This document shows positions 10,425-21,298 of a stretch of DNA of 64,000 bases, piece after piece (the stretch's first letter is position 1; each line of letters opens with the position of its first letter). Under the pieces are notes generated by a model that ran no database searches, was not told the DNA's origin, and saw only the letters and a program-made list of their open reading frames with translations. This DNA is from an uncultured Clostridia bacterium. GTDB lineage: Bacteria; Bacillota; Clostridia; Oscillospirales; Acutalibacteraceae. The stretch spans positions 708 through 64,707 of the forward strand of contig CAMJMQ010000015.1 in the NCBI GenBank assembly GCA_946407065.1, written 5' to 3'. The position numbers and the translations under genes were made by a program.

Positions 10425-12518
10425 ATGGCAAACGTAGCAGAATATTTCGGAAGTCTGGTATTTGACGACAAGACGATGAAAGAGCGGCTGGATCCCAAAA
10501 TCTACAAGCAGCTCCGTAAAACGATCGACGGCGGCGAGCAGCTGAATATTCAGGTAGCGAACGCCGTAGCCGCCGCACTAAAGGAATGGGCGGTAGAAAA
10601 GGGCGCGACCCACTATACCCACTGGTTCCAACCGCTGACCGGTATCACCGCCGAAAAGCATGACAGCTTTATCACTCCCTCGCCCGACGGCAGAGTGATC
10701 ATGGAATTCTCCGGCAAGGAGCTGATCAAGGGCGAGCCCGACGCGTCCTCATTCCCCTCGGGCGGTCTGCGCGCGACCTTTGAAGCAAGAGGCTATACCG
10801 CGTGGGACCCCACCTCCTACGCTTTCATCAAGGGCAAGACCCTTTGTATCCCCACCGCGTTCGCTTCCTACAGCGCCGACGCGCTGGATAAAAAGACGCC
10901 TCTTTTGCGCTCCATGCAGGCGCTGAATATCCAGGCAACGCGCGTCTTAAAGCTCTTCGGCAACGAGGACGTCAAGCGCGTGGTCACCTCTGTCGGACCC
11001 GAGCAGGAATACTTTTTGGTTCCCAAGGAGCTGTACGCGAAGCGCAAGGATCTGATCTATACGGGACGCACCCTTTTCGGTGCGCGTCCTCCCAAGGGTC
11101 AGGAGCTCGACGATCACTATTTCGGTACCATCAAGCCGCGCGTCCTCGCCTATATGGAGGATCTCAACGACGAGCTGTGGAAACTCGGCATCCTCGCGAA
11201 AACCCAGCATAACGAGGTCGCGCCCGCTCAGCATGAGCTGGCTCCCATCTATACGACAACCAATGTCGCGACCGATCACAACCAGCTGACCATGGAGATC
11301 ATGCAGAAGGTTGCGGAGCGTCACGGTCTGGTATGTCTGCTGCACGAAAAGCCCTTTAAGGGTGTGAACGGCTCAGGCAAGCACAACAACTGGTCGATCG
11401 GCACGGATACCGGCGTCAACCTGCTCACCCCCGGTGAGACGCCGTTTGAGAACGTACAGTTCCTGCTGTTCCTCGTAGCGGTCATCAAAGCCGTCGACGA
11501 GTATCAGGATCTGCTGAGATTGTCCGTCGCGACCGCCGGTAACGATCACCGTTTGGGCGCGAATGAAGCGCCGCCCGCCGTCATCTCCATCTTCCTCGGC
11601 GACGAGCTGACCGCTGTGCTGGACGCGATCGAAAACGATACCGAGTATGAGGGCACCAAGAAGAAATATATGAAGCTCGGCGTTGACGTTCTGCCGCGTT
11701 TCAGACGCGACACCACCGACCGCAACCGCACCTCGCCCTTTGCGTTCACGGGCAACAAGTTCGAGTTCCGTATGCTCGGCTCCTCCAACTCCATCGCCTG
11801 CTGCAACATGATGCTCAACTCCGCTGTCGCGGAAGTCTTGAAGCAGTTTGCGGATGTTCTGGAGAACTCCGAGAACTTTGAAAATGATGTTCACAACCTG
11901 ATCCGCAAGACGATCAAGGATCACAAGCGGATCATCTTCAACGGCAACGGTTATGACGACGCTTGGATCGAAGAAGCCGAAAAGCGCGGACTCTCCAATC
12001 TCAGAACCACCGCCGACGCGATGCCGCATCTGCTGGATGAAAAGAACGTCGCGATGCTGACCTCTCATAAGGTGTTCACCAAAGCGGAGCTGGAAAGCCG
12101 CATGGAGATCATGCTGGAAAACTACGTCAAGCAGGTCAACATCGAAGCGCTGACGATGGTGGATATGACCGGCAAACAGATCATCCCCGCGATCGAGACC
12201 TATCTGACGAAGCTTTTGAATAACGTTTCCATGAAGAAGGCGATCTCGCCCGATATCAGCTGTGCCTATGAGACCGCGAACATCGAGAAGCTCTCCGCCG
12301 CCTGTGACGAGATGAGCGCCAACGCGGGCATCCTCGAGCGCTTGGCGGAGCACCTCGCGAAGATCGACGATATCGTGGAACAGGCGAACTTCGTCCGCGA
12401 CGAGATCCTGCCGCAGATGGATACGCTGCGCAGCTATGCCGACGCCGCGGAAGCGGTCGTCGACGCCGAGATCTGGCCGCTGCCGACCTACGGTGAGCTG
12501 CTCTTCGGCGTAAGATAA
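10425..12518 (+). CDS. Type III glutamine synthetase
   Basis: Start trimmed to [22 protein letters not shown] behind AAAGGAGAAGG. 697 aa. The GS-III style N-domain and catalytic core ([33 protein letters not shown]) are present. Confidence 0.9.
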   Translation: MANVAEYFGSLVFDDKTMKERLDPKIYKQLRKTIDGGEQLNIQVANAVAAALKEWAVEKGATHYTHWFQPLTGITAEKHDSFITPSPDGRVIMEFSGKELIKGEPDASSFPSGGLRATFEARGYTAWDPTSYAFIKGKTLCIPTAFASYSADALDKKTPLLRSMQALNIQATRVLKLFGNEDVKRVVTSVGPEQEYFLVPKELYAKRKDLIYTGRTLFGARPPKGQELDDHYFGTIKPRVLAYMEDLNDELWKLGILAKTQHNEVAPAQHELAPIYTTTNVATDHNQLTMEIMQKVAERHGLVCLLHEKPFKGVNGSGKHNNWSIGTDTGVNLLTPGETPFENVQFLLFLVAVIKAVDEYQDLLRLSVATAGNDHRLGANEAPPAVISIFLGDELTAVLDAIENDTEYEGTKKKYMKLGVDVLPRFRRDTTDRNRTSPFAFTGNKFEFRMLGSSNSIACCNMMLNSAVAEVLKQFADVLENSENFENDVHNLIRKTIKDHKRIIFNGNGYDDAWIEEAEKRGLSNLRTTADAMPHLLDEKNVAMLTSHKVFTKAELESRMEIMLENYVKQVNIEALTMVDMTGKQIIPAIETYLTKLLNNVSMKKAISPDISCAYETANIEKLSAACDEMSANAGILERLAEHLAKIDDIVEQANFVRDEILPQMDTLRSYADAAEAVVDAEIWPLPTYGELLFGVR

Positions 12519-12519
12519 A

Positions 12520-12663
12520 GCGGTTGAGATTGCCACGTCGTCCTCATCGGCTGTACTCGGTAGGCATATTCGGTTGGTATGCCTTGACCTCGTGTCGCCG
12601 TTCGTCCTCTCCCCAAAAAGCAGGGGCTTTTTGGGGACCCCGGATAGATCTTCGCAATGACGA
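12520..12663. repeat. Palindromic intergenic repeat, family 1, copy C (long form carrying a family 2 unit at 12603-12643)
   Basis: Termini are CGGTTGAGATTGCCAC ... CTTCGCAATGACG with about 110 nt of inserted sequence. The insert includes CGTCCTCTCCCCAAAAAGCAGGGGCTTTTTGGGGACCCCGG. Confidence 0.65.
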
Positions 12664-12671
12664 TTGATAAA

Positions 12672-12715
12672 AGTACAAAGGCGTACTCTGCTGATGCGGG
12701 GTACGCCTTTATTAG
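12672..12715 (+). promoter_or_regulatory. Hexaloop/terminator module in front of the amt-PII gene
   Basis: AGUAC-AAAGGC-GUACU at 12672-12687 competes with AAAGGCGUAC...GUACGCCUUU(AUUAG). I could not find a clear promoter, so it may act as an internal attenuator after the GS-III gene. Confidence 0.5.
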
Positions 12716-12816
12716 TGGTCAGTGATTAGTGGTCAGTTAACCGATGACCGAAACTATATAAAAAATGCTAATGACCGGCAATATGCAGCCGGTTACTCAA
12801 TTTGGAAGGTGAAACT

Positions 12817-14544
12817 ATGACTATGACAGTAGAATTCTGGTTCCTGATCGGAGCCGCGCTGGTGTTCTGGATGCAGGCAGGCTTTGCCATGGTAGAGGCG
12901 GGCTTTACCCGCGCAAAGAACGCCGGCAACATCATCATGAAAAACCTGATGGACTTTTGTATCGGTACGGTCGTGTTCGCTCTCTTGGGCTACACGATCA
13001 TGATGGGTGAGGATACCCTGTTCGGACTGATCGGTATCCCGAACATGGACTTGTTCGGTCACTTCAAGGAGTTCATCGCATCCCCTGGCAACGGCGACTT
13101 TACCGCCGCTTCCACATTCGTATTCAACCTCGTTTTCTGCGCCACCACCGCGACCATCGTATCCGGCGCGATGGCGGAAAGAACGAAATTCTCCGCTTAC
13201 TGTATCTACTCGGGCGTTATCTCGCTGTTCATCTACCCGATCGAAGCGCACTGGATCTGGGGCGGCGGCTGGCTCTCTCAGCTGGGCTTCCATGACTACG
13301 CAGGTTCCTGCGCGATCCACATGGTCGGCGGTATCGCGGCGCTGGTCGGCGCAGCGATCCTCGGTCCGCGTCTCGGCAAGTATGAGCGTGATGAAAACGG
13401 CAAGGTCGTCAAGGTCAACGCATTCCCCGGTCACAACATCGTCATCGGCGCGTTGGGCGTATTCATCCTGTGGCTCGGTTGGTACGGCTTCAACGGCGCG
13501 GCGGCGACTACTCCGAGTGAGCTTGCTTCTATCTTTTTGACTACCACCATCGCTCCCGCGGTCGCCACCTGCGTCACGATGGCATTCACATGGATCAAAA
13601 ACGGCAAGCCCGATGTATCCATGTGCCTGAACGCATCCTTGGCAGGCTTGGTCGGAATCACCGCAGGCTGCGACGCGCTTGACGCGATCGGCGCGACCGT
13701 CGTCGGCGTTGTCAGCGGTATTCTGGTTGTCGTCGTGGTCGAGGTGCTTGACATGAAGCTGCACATCGACGATCCCGTCGGCGCGGTAGGCGTGCATATG
13801 GCGAACGGTATCTGGGGCACGATCGCGGTCGGTCTGCTCGCCAACCCCGACGCTCCCGCAGGGCTGAACGGTCTGTTTTACACCGGCGATTTCAAGCAGC
13901 TCGGTCTGCAGTTCTTAGGCTTCGGCTCCGTGGCGATCTACGCCGCGATCATGATGATACTCACCTTTGTCATCATCAAGAAGACCATCGGTCTGCGCGC
14001 GTCGGCTGAGGACGAGATCATGGGTCTGGATATCACCGAACACGGTCTGCCCTCTGCTTACGCGGGCTTTGCGGCTGCCGCTGAGGACTACTCCGTCTAC
14101 GGCGAGGATGTTGCCGTTGTCGCGGGTGAAACGCCCGTGGCAGAAGCTGTCGAGGTCAAGAGCGTTCCGTCCTTTGATAACGGTGAACAGCGGTTCACAA
14201 AGATCGAGATCATCTGTAAGGAAGCGCGGTTTGAAAAGCTCAAGAGAGCGATGGCGCAGCTCGGTATCACCGGCATGACCGTCACCCATGTCATGGGCTA
14301 CGGCTCGCAGAAGGGCAAGCCCGAATACTACCGCGGCGTTTTGGTCGATACCAACCTGCTGCCCAAGATCCAGGTCGAGATGGTCGTATCCGCGATCCCT
14401 GTCCGCGATGTGATCGAAGCGGCGAAGAAGGCGCTCTATACCGGACACATCGGTGACGGCAAGATCTTTGTTTACAACGTAGATAACGTGGTCAAGGTCC
14501 GCACCGGTGAAGAGGGCTACGCCGCCCTGCAGGATGTAGAATAA
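12817..14544 (+). CDS. amt: Ammonium transporter fused to a C-terminal P-II (GlnB/GlnK) domain
   Basis: Start MTMTVEFWFLIGAALVFWMQAGFAMVEAGF behind GGAAGGTG. Amt signature and about 11 TM segments. The last ~110 aa (FTKIEIICKEARFEKLKRAMAQLGITGMTVTHVMGYGSQKG...GDGKIFVYNVDNVVKVRTGE) have the P-II fold pattern including a T-loop-like YGSQKGKPEYYRG. Confidence 0.85.
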   Translation: MTMTVEFWFLIGAALVFWMQAGFAMVEAGFTRAKNAGNIIMKNLMDFCIGTVVFALLGYTIMMGEDTLFGLIGIPNMDLFGHFKEFIASPGNGDFTAASTFVFNLVFCATTATIVSGAMAERTKFSAYCIYSGVISLFIYPIEAHWIWGGGWLSQLGFHDYAGSCAIHMVGGIAALVGAAILGPRLGKYERDENGKVVKVNAFPGHNIVIGALGVFILWLGWYGFNGAAATTPSELASIFLTTTIAPAVATCVTMAFTWIKNGKPDVSMCLNASLAGLVGITAGCDALDAIGATVVGVVSGILVVVVVEVLDMKLHIDDPVGAVGVHMANGIWGTIAVGLLANPDAPAGLNGLFYTGDFKQLGLQFLGFGSVAIYAAIMMILTFVIIKKTIGLRASAEDEIMGLDITEHGLPSAYAGFAAAAEDYSVYGEDVAVVAGETPVAEAVEVKSVPSFDNGEQRFTKIEIICKEARFEKLKRAMAQLGITGMTVTHVMGYGSQKGKPEYYRGVLVDTNLLPKIQVEMVVSAIPVRDVIEAAKKALYTGHIGDGKIFVYNVDNVVKVRTGEEGYAALQDVE

Positions 14545-14635
14545 AGGATTTACGGGAGCCGAAACCGTTCCCTTCAAAATACCGGATAATAACTCTCAAC
14601 AGCGTTGCCTTTTTCTGAGCGGCTCCCTTAAGTCA

Positions 14636-14666
14636 CAGACCCCGAGGATCATTTCTTCGGGGTCTG
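14636..14666 (+). terminator. Terminator after amt-PII
   Basis: CAGACCCCGAGG...CTTCGGGGTCTG followed by TTCTT. Confidence 0.55.
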
Positions 14667-14669
14667 TTC

Positions 14670-14750
14670 TTGACAAATGACGCGCTGCGTCATATAATAC
14701 ATGAAGGCAAAGACGCCTTGGATATCCAAAGCGTCTTTGCCTATTTTTAT
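14670..14750 (+). promoter_or_regulatory. Promoter plus hexaloop/terminator leader of purF-carAB
   Basis: TTGACA 14670-14675, 17 nt, TATAAT 14693-14698. AAGGC-AAAGAC-GCCUU at 14704-14719. Competing hairpin GGCAAAGACGCCUUGGA-UA-UCCAAAGCGUCUUUGCC plus UAUUUUUAU. Confidence 0.7.
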
Positions 14751-14777
14751 GCCCAAAAACCATGAACAAGAGGTTTT

Positions 14778-16211
14778 ATGATGAACAGTACACATGAAGA
14801 ATGCGGCGTGTTCGGTATCTACAGCACGGCCGACGATGATTTAGCGGCATTGACCTATTACGGACTGTATGCCCTGCAGCACCGCGGACAGGAAAGCGCC
14901 GGCATCGCCCTAAACGATGACGGTGTGTTCCGCTGTATCAAAGGCGAAGGCTTAATCAGCGAGGTGTTCAGCGACGATAAGCTCCGCTCCCTCGGTACAG
15001 GTCATATCGCGGTCGGTCATGTGCGCTACGCCACCACGGGGAGCAACGCCGCACAGAATATCCAGCCGCTCTTGGTCAATCACCATAAAGGAAGGATGGC
15101 GCTGTGCCACAACGGCAACCTGTCTAATTCCTATCTGCTGAGGACAAGGTTAGAAGAAAACGGTGCGATCTTCCATACGACGACCGACTCCGAGGTCATC
15201 TCCTATATGGTCGTTCAGGAGCGACTGCGTCATGGCTCGATCGAGAATGCCGTCAGCGAGGCGATGGAGTCCATCGAGGGCGCGTACTCGCTCGTGATCT
15301 GCTCGCCGCAAAAGCTGATCGCCGTCCGTGATCCGCACGGATTCCGTCCGCTGTGCTACGGCGTGACCGAAAGCGGCAGTGTGGTATTCGCCTCGGAATC
15401 CTGCGCGCTGGACGCGGTCGGCGCCAAGCTCGTCAGAGATCTGCGCCCCGGTGAGATGGCGATCGTCGATAAAAACGGTCTGCGATTTGACACGGCGCAC
15501 TGCGATAAAGAGCCGAAACACTTCTGCGTATTTGAATACATCTATTTTGCGCGTCCCGACTCGGTGATCGACGGCGCTTCCGTCAGTCAATGCCGTCAGA
15601 GAGCAGGCAGATTTCTCGCAAAGGAACACCCTGTCGACGCGGATATCGTCATCGGCGTCCCGGATTCGGGCTTGGAGGCAGCGATCGGGTACTCGTATGA
15701 ATCGGGGATCCCATACGCCATCGGCTTTACCAAGAACAAATATATCGCCCGTACCTTCATCACCCCGGGACAGGGCTCGCGTGAAGCGGGCGTGGGGATC
15801 AAGCTCAACCCGATCCGTGAGATCGTCAAAGGGAAGCGCGTTGTACTGATCGATGATTCGATCGTGCGCGGTACGACCTGCCGCCGCATCGCCGAGCTTT
15901 TATGGCAGGCAGGAGTCAAAGAGATCCACATGCGCGTCAGCGCGCCGCCCTTTGTCGCTCCGTGCTACTACGGCACCGATATCGACTCCGCCGACGTGCT
16001 GATCGCCAATCGCATGAGCACCGCTGAGATTGCAAAAGAGATCGGCGTGACCTCGCTCGGTTACCTCAGCGTTGAAAATGTCAGGCTTCTGACAGGAACG
16101 GACAGCGGCTTTTGTACCGCATGCTTCGGCGGAAGCTATCCGACCGCGATTCCCGACAAAACCGCAAAGAATCGCTTTGAGACCAAAATCAGTGAACAGC
16201 AAAAGGGATGA
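14778..16211 (+). CDS. purF: Amidophosphoribosyltransferase
   Basis: A short propeptide is followed by CGVFGIY. PRPP-binding motif VVLIDDSIVRGTT. C-terminal Fe-S cysteines. Confidence 0.95.
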   Translation: MMNSTHEECGVFGIYSTADDDLAALTYYGLYALQHRGQESAGIALNDDGVFRCIKGEGLISEVFSDDKLRSLGTGHIAVGHVRYATTGSNAAQNIQPLLVNHHKGRMALCHNGNLSNSYLLRTRLEENGAIFHTTTDSEVISYMVVQERLRHGSIENAVSEAMESIEGAYSLVICSPQKLIAVRDPHGFRPLCYGVTESGSVVFASESCALDAVGAKLVRDLRPGEMAIVDKNGLRFDTAHCDKEPKHFCVFEYIYFARPDSVIDGASVSQCRQRAGRFLAKEHPVDADIVIGVPDSGLEAAIGYSYESGIPYAIGFTKNKYIARTFITPGQGSREAGVGIKLNPIREIVKGKRVVLIDDSIVRGTTCRRIAELLWQAGVKEIHMRVSAPPFVAPCYYGTDIDSADVLIANRMSTAEIAKEIGVTSLGYLSVENVRLLTGTDSGFCTACFGGSYPTAIPDKTAKNRFETKISEQQKG

Positions 16212-17320
16212 AGAAAATGTACGACAGATCAAATCTTGATCGCAAATTGATCTTAGAAAACGGCGCCGTATTTTACGGAAAGGGCTTTGGCTGTACGGAC
16301 GACAGGATCGTTGAGATCGTGTTCAACACCTCGCCCGTCGGCTATCAGGAGATCCTCTCCGACCCGTCCTATACCGATCAGGGCGTCGTTATGGCATATC
16401 CGCTCATCGGCAACTACGGCATGGCGGACGACGATTATGAGTGCGATACGCCGACCATCGGCGCGCTGATCGTGCGCGAGTACAACGGCGAGCCGTCCAA
16501 CTTCCGCAGTAAAGAACCTTTAGAGGATGTGATGAAGCGTTACGGCATCGTCGGTATCAGTGAGATCGATACCAGACGGTTGATCAGACATATCCGTGAT
16601 CACGGCTCCTGCAAGGCGCTGATCACCTCCGCAAATACTCCGGCAGAGGTTGCCGAAAAAGCGATCAAAGAAGCCTCGCTCCCGCATGACACGGTCAGCC
16701 GCGTCAGCAGAAACCGATTCCAAAGATACGATTCAGCCGAGCATTTATATCATGTTGTCGCCATCGACTGCGGCATGAAAATGAACATCGTGCGCTCACT
16801 CACCCAAAGAGGCTGTGATGTGATGGTCGTGCCGTGGAACGCACACGTGCGTGATATTCTTTCACTCGATCCGGACGGCATCTTCCTTTCCAACGGCCCC
16901 GGTGATCCCGAGGATGTCCCCGAGGTGATCGGCACCGTGAAGGAGTTGATCGGCACTGTTCCGATCTTCGGTATCTGTCTGGGTCATCAGATCCTGTCCC
17001 TCGCATACGGAGCCAAGACCTATAAGCTGAAATTCGGTCATCGCGGCGGCAATCATCCTGTCAAGAATCTTCTGACAAACAGGATCGAGATCACCTCACA
17101 GAACCACTCCTACGCGGTAGATGCCGAGAGTCTGGAAAACACGTCCCTGACCGCAACGCATATCAATCTGCTTGACGATACCATCGAGGGCGTAGCCTGC
17201 ATGGATGACCGCGCCTTCGGCGTGCAGTATCATCCCGAATCCGCCCCGGGGCCGCAGGACAGCTCCTATCTGTTTGATCAGTTTATTGATTTGATGAAGG
17301 AGGGCAAGGACAATGCCTAA
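16208..17320 (+). CDS. carA: Carbamoyl-phosphate synthase small (glutaminase) subunit
   Basis: ATGA overlap with purF. GATase triad context GICLGHQ and HPE. 370 aa. Confidence 0.93.
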   Translation: MKKMYDRSNLDRKLILENGAVFYGKGFGCTDDRIVEIVFNTSPVGYQEILSDPSYTDQGVVMAYPLIGNYGMADDDYECDTPTIGALIVREYNGEPSNFRSKEPLEDVMKRYGIVGISEIDTRRLIRHIRDHGSCKALITSANTPAEVAEKAIKEASLPHDTVSRVSRNRFQRYDSAEHLYHVVAIDCGMKMNIVRSLTQRGCDVMVVPWNAHVRDILSLDPDGIFLSNGPGDPEDVPEVIGTVKELIGTVPIFGICLGHQILSLAYGAKTYKLKFGHRGGNHPVKNLLTNRIEITSQNHSYAVDAESLENTSLTATHINLLDDTIEGVACMDDRAFGVQYHPESAPGPQDSSYLFDQFIDLMKEGKDNA

Positions 17321-20300
17321 GAGAACGGATATCAAAAGGATCATGGTCATCGGCTCGGGCCCGATCGTCATCGGTCAGGCGGCGGAGTTCGACTACGCGG
17401 GCACACAGGCTTGCTTGGCGCTCAGAGAAGAGGGCTACGAGGTCATCCTGTGCAACAGTAATCCCGCGACCATCATGACGGATACCATGATCGCGGACAA
17501 GGTCTATATGGAGCCGCTGACCCTTGAATATATCGCGAAGATCATCCGCAAGGAGCGCCCCGACGCGATCCTGCCCGGCATCGGCGGTCAGACGGGTCTG
17601 AACCTCGCGATGGAACTGGAACGCAAAGGAGTATTGAAAGAATGTCAGGTCGAGCTGCTCGGCACATCCTCAAAGAGCATCGAGCGCGCCGAGGACAGAG
17701 AACTGTTCAAGGAGATGTGTGAGAGTATCGGCGAGCCCGTCATCCCGTCACAGATCACCTATAACTTGGAAGAAGCAAAAGAAGCGGCCGCGGCGGTCGG
17801 ATATCCCGTTGTGCTCCGTCCCGCTTTCACCCTCGGCGGTACAGGCGGCGGTTTTGCGGACACCGAAGCTGAATTATTGGAGATTGGCAGACAGGCGTTT
17901 GCCCTCAGTCCCGTTCATCAGGTGTTGATCGAAAAGTCCGTCAAGGGATATAAAGAGATCGAGTATGAGGTCATCCGTGACGCGAACGATACCGCGATCA
18001 CCGTCTGCAATATGGAAAACCTCGACCCGGTCGGCGTGCATACCGGCGACAGCATCGTTGTCTGTCCGTCCCAGACTTTGACTAACAAGGAATACCATAT
18101 GCTGCGTGACAGCGCGTTGAAAATTATCCGCACCTTGAAGATCGAGGGCGGTTGTAACGTCCAGTTCGCGCTTGATCCGCAGTCCTTTCAATATTACGTG
18201 ATCGAGGTCAACCCTCGTGTGTCGCGTTCCTCGGCGCTCGCGTCTAAAGCCTCAGGCTATCCGATCGCCCGCGTCAGCGCGAAGATCGGCGTCGGGCTGC
18301 GGCTCGAGGAGATTCCGCTTGCCAATACGCCCGCGTCCTTTGAGCCTGCGCTCGACTATGTCGTGACGAAGCTGCCGCGCTTTCCGTTCGACAAATTCGC
18401 CTCCGCTCCCAACACCCTCGGCACCCAGATGAAGGCGACAGGCGAGATCATGGGCGTCGGCAGGACGTTGGAAGAAAGCCTGCTCAAAGGTATCCGCTCA
18501 CTGGAAACAGGGGTTGATCACCTCTACCTCGAAAAATTCGATAGTATGGCGACAGATGAACTGCTCTGCTATATTCGACAGGGCACCGACGACCGTATCT
18601 TTGCGATCGCCGAGTTGCTCAGGCAAAATATAGACATAGACACGATTTTTGAACAGACCGAGATCGACCGCTTCTTTCTCCGCAAGCTCAAAAATATTAC
18701 TGACATGGAACGCGAGTTGAGCGCTCATATTAATGATATAGCCGTGTTGTATCACGCAAAGCGGATGGGCTTCTCCGACAAGGCGATCGCGCGCTTGTGG
18801 AGCACCGATGAATTGACGATCTATCATACCCGAAAGGAAAACGGGATCGTGCCGATCTTCAAGATGATCGACACCTGTGCCTCCGAATTCAAGAGCTATG
18901 TGCCGTACTTTTATTCAACCTATGAGGAAGAGAATGAAAGCGTCTGCACCGATCAGAAAAAGATCATCGTGCTCGGTGCGGGCCCGATCAGAATCGGTCA
19001 GGGCGTTGAGTTCGACTACAGTACTGTTCACGCGGTACAGACGATCCGTCGCGCGGGCTATGAAGCGATCATCATCAATAATAACCCCGAGACCGTTTCC
19101 ACCGACTACACCACCGCCGATAAGCTCTATTTTGAGCCCCTCACTCCCGAGGACGTCATGGCGATCATCGACTTTGAACAGCCCGAGGGCGTGATCGCTT
19201 CTTTGGGCGGTCAGACGGCGATCAACCTCGCTCAGCCGCTCATGGACAGAGGCGTGAAGATCATCGGCACAGACTGTGCCGCGATCGAGAGAGCGGAGAA
19301 TCGTGATTCCTTCAACGCCATCATCAAGGAGCTCGGCATCCCGCAGCCCGCGGGCAAGGCTGTTACCTCGATTGAAGAGGGCGTCAAAGCTGCCGCCGCA
19401 ATCGGCTATCCCGTCCTTGTCCGTCCGTCGTTTGTACTCGGCGGCAGAGCGATGCAGATCGTTTCAAAGGAAGAAGATTTACGCCACTATCTGAAAACTG
19501 CTGTTGAAATAGATGAAGATAAGCCCGTACTTGTCGATAAATACATCATGGGTAAAGAGGTCGAGGTCGACGCGATCTGCGACGGCGTAGATGTATTCGT
19601 GCCCGGTATCATGGAGCTGGTCGAGCGTACCGGCGTTCATTCCGGCGACTCCATCTCCGTCTATCCGTCCTTCTCCATCTCCGATAAGGTCAAGGGCATT
19701 ATCCTGCAATACGCGAAGAAGCTCGGTAAAGCCATCGGTATCATCGGTCTGTACAATATCCAGTTCATCGTGGACGAAAACGACGATGTTTACATTATCG
19801 AAGTCAACCCGAGATCGTCGAGAACCGTACCGTTCCTCTCTAAATCCACCGGTTACTCTCTCGCGGATATCGCGACCGAGGTCATCCTCGGCAAGAGCCT
19901 GAAAGAGCAAGGCATCTTCCAGCTCTATCCCGAGGAAAAGAAGCGTTATTATGTCAAGGTTCCGGTCTTCTCGTTCCAGAAGATCAAGGGTCTCGACGCT
20001 TACCTCAGCCCCGAAATGAAGTCTACCGGTGAAGCGATCGGTTATGATAAAAAGCTCTCACGTGCCATGTACAAGGCGCTCGTCGCGGCAGGCACCAAGG
20101 TGCAGAACTACGGTACTGTTATCGTCACCCTTGCTGACGAGGATAAGGAAGAGGCAGTCCCGCTGATCCGCCGCTTCTACGACCTCGGCTTCAACATCGA
20201 GGCGACTGACCTGACTGCCAAGGTTATGAGAAAGAACGGCATCAAGACCCGTAAGCTGGGCAAGATCAGCGAGGGCAGCACCGAGATCCTCGACGCGATC

Positions 20301-20492
20301 CGCGCCGGCTACGTCAGCTATGTCATCAACACCCGCGCCATCATGTCGGGCGTGCATTATGAGGACGGTACCGCGATCCGCCAGACGGCTGTCGAGAACG
20401 GCGTGACAATCTTCACATCCTTAGATACCGTTCGTGTATTGCTTGATGTACTCGAGGAGACCACGCTGACGATCTCGACGATCGATTCGTAA
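17313..20492 (+). CDS. carB: Carbamoyl-phosphate synthase large subunit
   Basis: 1059 aa. Duplicated ATP-grasp halves ([21 protein letters not shown] / [20 protein letters not shown]). C-terminal MGS-like domain. Confidence 0.97.
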   Translation: MPKRTDIKRIMVIGSGPIVIGQAAEFDYAGTQACLALREEGYEVILCNSNPATIMTDTMIADKVYMEPLTLEYIAKIIRKERPDAILPGIGGQTGLNLAMELERKGVLKECQVELLGTSSKSIERAEDRELFKEMCESIGEPVIPSQITYNLEEAKEAAAAVGYPVVLRPAFTLGGTGGGFADTEAELLEIGRQAFALSPVHQVLIEKSVKGYKEIEYEVIRDANDTAITVCNMENLDPVGVHTGDSIVVCPSQTLTNKEYHMLRDSALKIIRTLKIEGGCNVQFALDPQSFQYYVIEVNPRVSRSSALASKASGYPIARVSAKIGVGLRLEEIPLANTPASFEPALDYVVTKLPRFPFDKFASAPNTLGTQMKATGEIMGVGRTLEESLLKGIRSLETGVDHLYLEKFDSMATDELLCYIRQGTDDRIFAIAELLRQNIDIDTIFEQTEIDRFFLRKLKNITDMERELSAHINDIAVLYHAKRMGFSDKAIARLWSTDELTIYHTRKENGIVPIFKMIDTCASEFKSYVPYFYSTYEEENESVCTDQKKIIVLGAGPIRIGQGVEFDYSTVHAVQTIRRAGYEAIIINNNPETVSTDYTTADKLYFEPLTPEDVMAIIDFEQPEGVIASLGGQTAINLAQPLMDRGVKIIGTDCAAIERAENRDSFNAIIKELGIPQPAGKAVTSIEEGVKAAAAIGYPVLVRPSFVLGGRAMQIVSKEEDLRHYLKTAVEIDEDKPVLVDKYIMGKEVEVDAICDGVDVFVPGIMELVERTGVHSGDSISVYPSFSISDKVKGIILQYAKKLGKAIGIIGLYNIQFIVDENDDVYIIEVNPRSSRTVPFLSKSTGYSLADIATEVILGKSLKEQGIFQLYPEEKKRYYVKVPVFSFQKIKGLDAYLSPEMKSTGEAIGYDKKLSRAMYKALVAAGTKVQNYGTVIVTLADEDKEEAVPLIRRFYDLGFNIEATDLTAKVMRKNGIKTRKLGKISEGSTEILDAIRAGYVSYVINTRAIMSGVHYEDGTAIRQTAVENGVTIFTSLDTVRVLLDVLEETTLTISTIDS

Positions 20493-20816
20493 CAGGCATA
20501 GTTTAAAACACTCATACATCTAAAAAAGCATTCTAAGCAAAGTAGTATAAAGCATTGATAATTCTCATGTGCATGGATGCTTTTTTATTCCGTTGATCAG
20601 TGAGTTTCAACAGATAGTTTTTGATAGAATAACACTGTGCTCGACAGGAATATGAGCCTGCATTATAACTCTGAATATGTAATTACCTGCGCATGAAAAG
20701 TAAATTTTTACTTCGCTATATCAAAGAAAAAGCTACCGACTTGCATTTGCTTTACACCAAGGAGAAGCGAAATAACCATAAAGTTTTCACTCTGAATTAC
20801 AACCGAAATCTCCCGA

Positions 20817-20933
20817 GTACGATGGTACGATGAAATCAGCATACACCATAGACACTATGAAAAAGCCCGGTAAAGAGCCGTTTGTCGGCATTTCTGAAAA
20901 CGGTCTTCATCGTACCACATAAATCATCGTACC
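20817..20933. repeat. Four copies of GGTACGATGA (two direct, two inverted) flanking an end-like sequence
   Basis: GTACGATGGTACGATGA at 20817-20833. TCATCGTACC at 20907-20916 and 20924-20933. Between them AAAAAGCCCGGTAAAGAGCCGTTTG resembles the sequence at 39685-39710 next to integrase 2. Confidence 0.55.
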
Positions 20934-21298
20934 ATATTCAGAGGCTTTTTCAGCGTTAGAAACCAACTGATTTTGAGCAGGTAAAAGCGGGGGTCGCTTA
21001 CGCGGCTTTCCCCGCCGATCACATCGGGCGGCAGAGCCGACCGTTTCGCCGTTCTTTGGACTTTTCCTTAGGTGGGTTGCTAAAGGGTCGTCCCATTTCA
21101 AACAATGGTGAAAAGATTACTCCGCATTGACAAAGAAAAAGCCGAAATAAATAGAGCTGAATCGACAAAAAAACGGAGAGATAATTGTTAGGTTTGGATA
21201 TCGACTTTACTGAATTTATGTGGTATTGTTTTGAGCTGCATAGCTATCGATTAGAGCGAATCCGATCGGTAAGCATCCATGAAATGAGGTGAAAAACA

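Noticed and set aside
11373-12536. Long antisense ORFs inside GC-rich genes, for example 11373-12536(-), 12793-13797(-), 4469-5383(-), 26228-27250(+), 25013-25759(+), 57437-58234(+) and 56900-57427(+).
   Set aside because: They lie entirely opposite well-supported genes (GS-III, amt, glmS, hsdR, dockerin protein). They have Arg/Gly/Asp-rich low-complexity composition typical of antisense frames in GC-rich DNA and lack RBSs.
21085-21094. Guanidine-II (mini-ykkC)-like hairpin GGG-ACGA-CCC on the minus strand.
   Set aside because: There is only one ACGR hairpin, the stem is weak beyond 3 bp, there is no second hairpin at the proper distance, and no downstream transporter gene.
20907-21101. 64-aa ORF in the GC-rich patch upstream of integrase 1.
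   Set aside because: There is no RBS, the composition is Arg/Pro-rich, and it overlaps hairpin-forming sequence. It is probably not coding.
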